Shown here: one piece after another, positions 62,050 through 64,000 of the stretch | How positions within the stretch are numbered: the first letter of the stretch is position 1 | Layout: the number at the start of each line of letters is the position of its first letter | Source of the DNA: a bacterium | GTDB taxonomy: Bacteria > Bacteroidota > Ignavibacteria > UBA10030 | DNA length: 64,000 nucleotides | Direction: 5' to 3' | NCBI GenBank assembly: GCA_043803945.1 | Contig: JAZDJN010000080.1 | Span: forward strand, 1-64,000 | The notes under the pieces: generated by a model | Database searches by the model: none | What the model was told of the DNA's origin: nothing | Seen by the model: only the letters and a program-made list of their open reading frames with translations | Program-made: the position numbers and the translations under genes

Positions 62050-62934
62050 ATGAAAAAGGAGATAATAATATATTCACAATTCTCGGAGGAGACCTGGATC
62101 CAATTTCTTGAATCCAAACGGCTTCAGAAGAATTATATTATAGCATTACTCGAGATTGAGATTGACCTACAGTTTATCCAGACATTTCAAATTGTTTCCC
62201 TTGCCTGTCTTATTGAGGAATATTCTCAAGCTGGTATTCCAATTCGTTTTATAAGAAACAATTCGCTTGCAGATGAATATTTGAGATACATTCACTTCTT
62301 TGACTACTGGACACAGGGATTCGATAGGAATGCCTTCACTCGTTCTGGAAAAAATACCACATTGGCTCTTTGGAAGATTGATCAGAGCAGGATTACCACA
62401 TATGCAGATGAATCGCAAAAGTACTTTGAGAATTTATTCTTCATAGGTAAAGACCTCTCTTCGCTTCACATTGCATTGATGGAGGTGTTCAACAATATTT
62501 ATGATCATGCCCAATCGGCAATAGAAGGGTTTGCCTTGACTCAATATTACCCCAAAACACAACGGATGAATATTGCCATTTGTGACTTCGGGGTGGGAAT
62601 TCCGACAAAGATCAATACAATTTGGGCGAAACAATCGCGAAAGCCAATGAGCGATCAAGATGCATTACGTGCCGCTTTTTTCAATCGCTTATCAACACAA
62701 ACAACTCCACAGAACAGAGGTTTTGGACTTTCCAACTTGTTGGGAAACATTCGGAACATCAAAGGCGATTTGAGTGTTTATTCCAATAGAGCGATGATTC
62801 ATTTCATCAATAGCAATGTGAACTACCGTGGATTAACAGCATATTTGCAAGGGACTTTGGTTCGCTTTTCATTCGATCCAAACAACTTACCCGAGATCGA
62901 ACCAGCAATTGACAATGAGGAGTATTTTTTCTAA
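62050..62934 (+). CDS. HATPase (GHKL, anti-sigma kinase-like) protein
   Basis: EVFNNIYDHA N-box, ICDFGVGI G1, RGFGL G2. Confidence 0.8.
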   Translation: MKKEIIIYSQFSEETWIQFLESKRLQKNYIIALLEIEIDLQFIQTFQIVSLACLIEEYSQAGIPIRFIRNNSLADEYLRYIHFFDYWTQGFDRNAFTRSGKNTTLALWKIDQSRITTYADESQKYFENLFFIGKDLSSLHIALMEVFNNIYDHAQSAIEGFALTQYYPKTQRMNIAICDFGVGIPTKINTIWAKQSRKPMSDQDALRAAFFNRLSTQTTPQNRGFGLSNLLGNIRNIKGDLSVYSNRAMIHFINSNVNYRGLTAYLQGTLVRFSFDPNNLPEIEPAIDNEEYFF

Positions 62935-62952
62935 GCTATAGATGTTGAATTT

Positions 62953-63258
62953 ATGAATGAGAGAATCACAGATATTGATCTTATGCAAGCCTCGCAGGGG
63001 ACTTCGACAAACGCCCAGGGGTACGCGTTGTACGTAGTACTGAAGCAGTCCATGCTCAATGATGGAAAAATTCGCCTTTCCTTGAAAGGTGCTTCCCCTA
63101 TGTCCTCTTCCTTTTTGAATTCTTCCTTGGGGGAGTTGATAGATGAGTTTGGCATTGACCGGGTAAAATCCTCGCTCTCACTGGTGAATTATACAGCTTC
63201 ACAAGCAAGAATATTGAAAGAGTATTTAACCACCTACCAGAAATATGCTAAGAAGTAA
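62953..63258 (+). CDS. STAS-like (DUF4325-type) protein
   Basis: QG..LY, I.LSLKG..MSSSFLN..LG.L. Confidence 0.8.
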   Translation: MNERITDIDLMQASQGTSTNAQGYALYVVLKQSMLNDGKIRLSLKGASPMSSSFLNSSLGELIDEFGIDRVKSSLSLVNYTASQARILKEYLTTYQKYAKK

Positions 63259-63281
63259 AATATTTTATCTACGATATAAAC

Positions 63282-63306
63282 AAAAGCCGCTTCCAAAGCG
63301 GCTTTT
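63282..63306 (+). terminator. Rho-independent, possibly bidirectional terminator
   Basis: AAAAGCCGCTT-CCA-AAGCGGCTTTT. Confidence 0.8.
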
Positions 63307-63391
63307 GTGTTTGATGAGTGTACCGCTGCGATGAAGCTCAACTACGGGTCTAACATCTCTTCGGGAGCGGAACTCCCACAGAGATCGGGAT

Positions 63392-63622
63392 CTGCACTTC
63401 CCTCCATCGGAAACAAAAGAGTTTTATGAACGGTGGGATGGAACAACAGCTCCCTTCCAGGCAATCATGGCAAAAGTAACGGAGTTAAAACAATACCGGG
63501 CACACCTGAAGCAGGATGGGAAACAGTTGAAGCTGGTAGCGAGAATCAAACCGAGTGAAAGACCGGTTGAACGCTTGGGGGCTGCGAAGTATTTGTTAAC
63601 GATGCTGCTGGTAGGCCAATGA
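63392..63622 (+). repeat. Direct repeat copy B: orphan alternative mfd C-terminus
   Basis: Open frame LHFPP..KYLLTMLLVGQ* with no start codon of its own. Confidence 0.9.
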
Positions 63623-63660
63623 AGGTAAATGCAATTGAATATATGTTGTCCGAAGCAATG

Positions 63661-64000
63661 TTAGCAACATAACCTTTGCCTAAGCAGGTTCCATTCTTTT
63701 CCCTTAGTCATTATGAAAAGGCATTTTCCGTCACTTTCTGCTTCCCAAAACTGTCCGATAAATCGTTTTTCTTTGGAATCATCATTACTAAATGCTACCT
63801 CAGATTTGTATTCTACGACGAGAATTTTACCACTTTTAAGTTTAACAATAAAATCCGGATAAAATTTATCTGTTGATGTCTGTAGCCAGAACGTATGCAG
63901 TTCTTGCCTGTCGAGGTTTCTGATCCAGAATTCGACATTTGAATGGCTGTCAATAATATAAGCACATTCAGATTCTTCGCCATTCATATCACCCACCAAT
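63661..64000 (-). CDS. C-terminus of a type III restriction Res-like endonuclease (truncated by window edge)
   Basis: WIRN..FWLQTSTDKFYPDFIV..VEYK PD-(D/E)xK motif. Confidence 0.75.
   Translation of the reverse strand, partial: LVGDMNGEESECAYIIDSHSNVEFWIRNLDRQELHTFWLQTSTDKFYPDFIVKLKSGKILVVEYKSEVAFSNDDSKEKRFIGQFWEAESDGKCLFIMTKGKEWNLLRQRLCC

Noticed and set aside
1-64000. CRISPR array, cas genes, reverse transcriptase/DGR or retron
   Set aside because: No regularly spaced repeat-spacer pattern and no RT or Cas motifs were seen. The mfd repeat differences are not adenine-specific.

Overview
Chromosomal window from a probable Ignavibacteria/FCB-group bacterium, inferred from the many C-terminal T9SS sorting domains (NYPNPFNP) and a TAnnTTTG promoter motif. 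Layout: (1) 1-11 kb mixed accessory genes: GH130, alpha/beta hydrolase, GH3, two internally deleted genes, an SLT/DUF350 pair, and MarR plus a split-Soret-type cytochrome c carrying a T9SS-like CTD. (2) 11.6-33.7 kb minus-strand locus where PilB/PilC-like genes and three leaderless pilin-like genes are interleaved with zinc-ribbon proteins, hybrid kinases, REC proteins with His-less pseudo-DHp tails and a coiled-coil protein, behind a sigma54 promoter next to an NtrC-family activator. (3) tRNA-Val, an orphan MCP, a kinase pseudogene and typA. (4) 39-42.8 kb region of decayed or chimeric genes. (5) 42.9-56.7 kb cluster of T9SS beta-propeller cargo and lipoproteins with a NarL-type two-component pair and 7-2-7 palindromes. 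(6) mfd, whose 220-bp 3' segment is directly duplicated around an HATPase+STAS cassette, then the tail of a type III restriction-like gene. All calls come from reading motifs by eye; no database searches were run.
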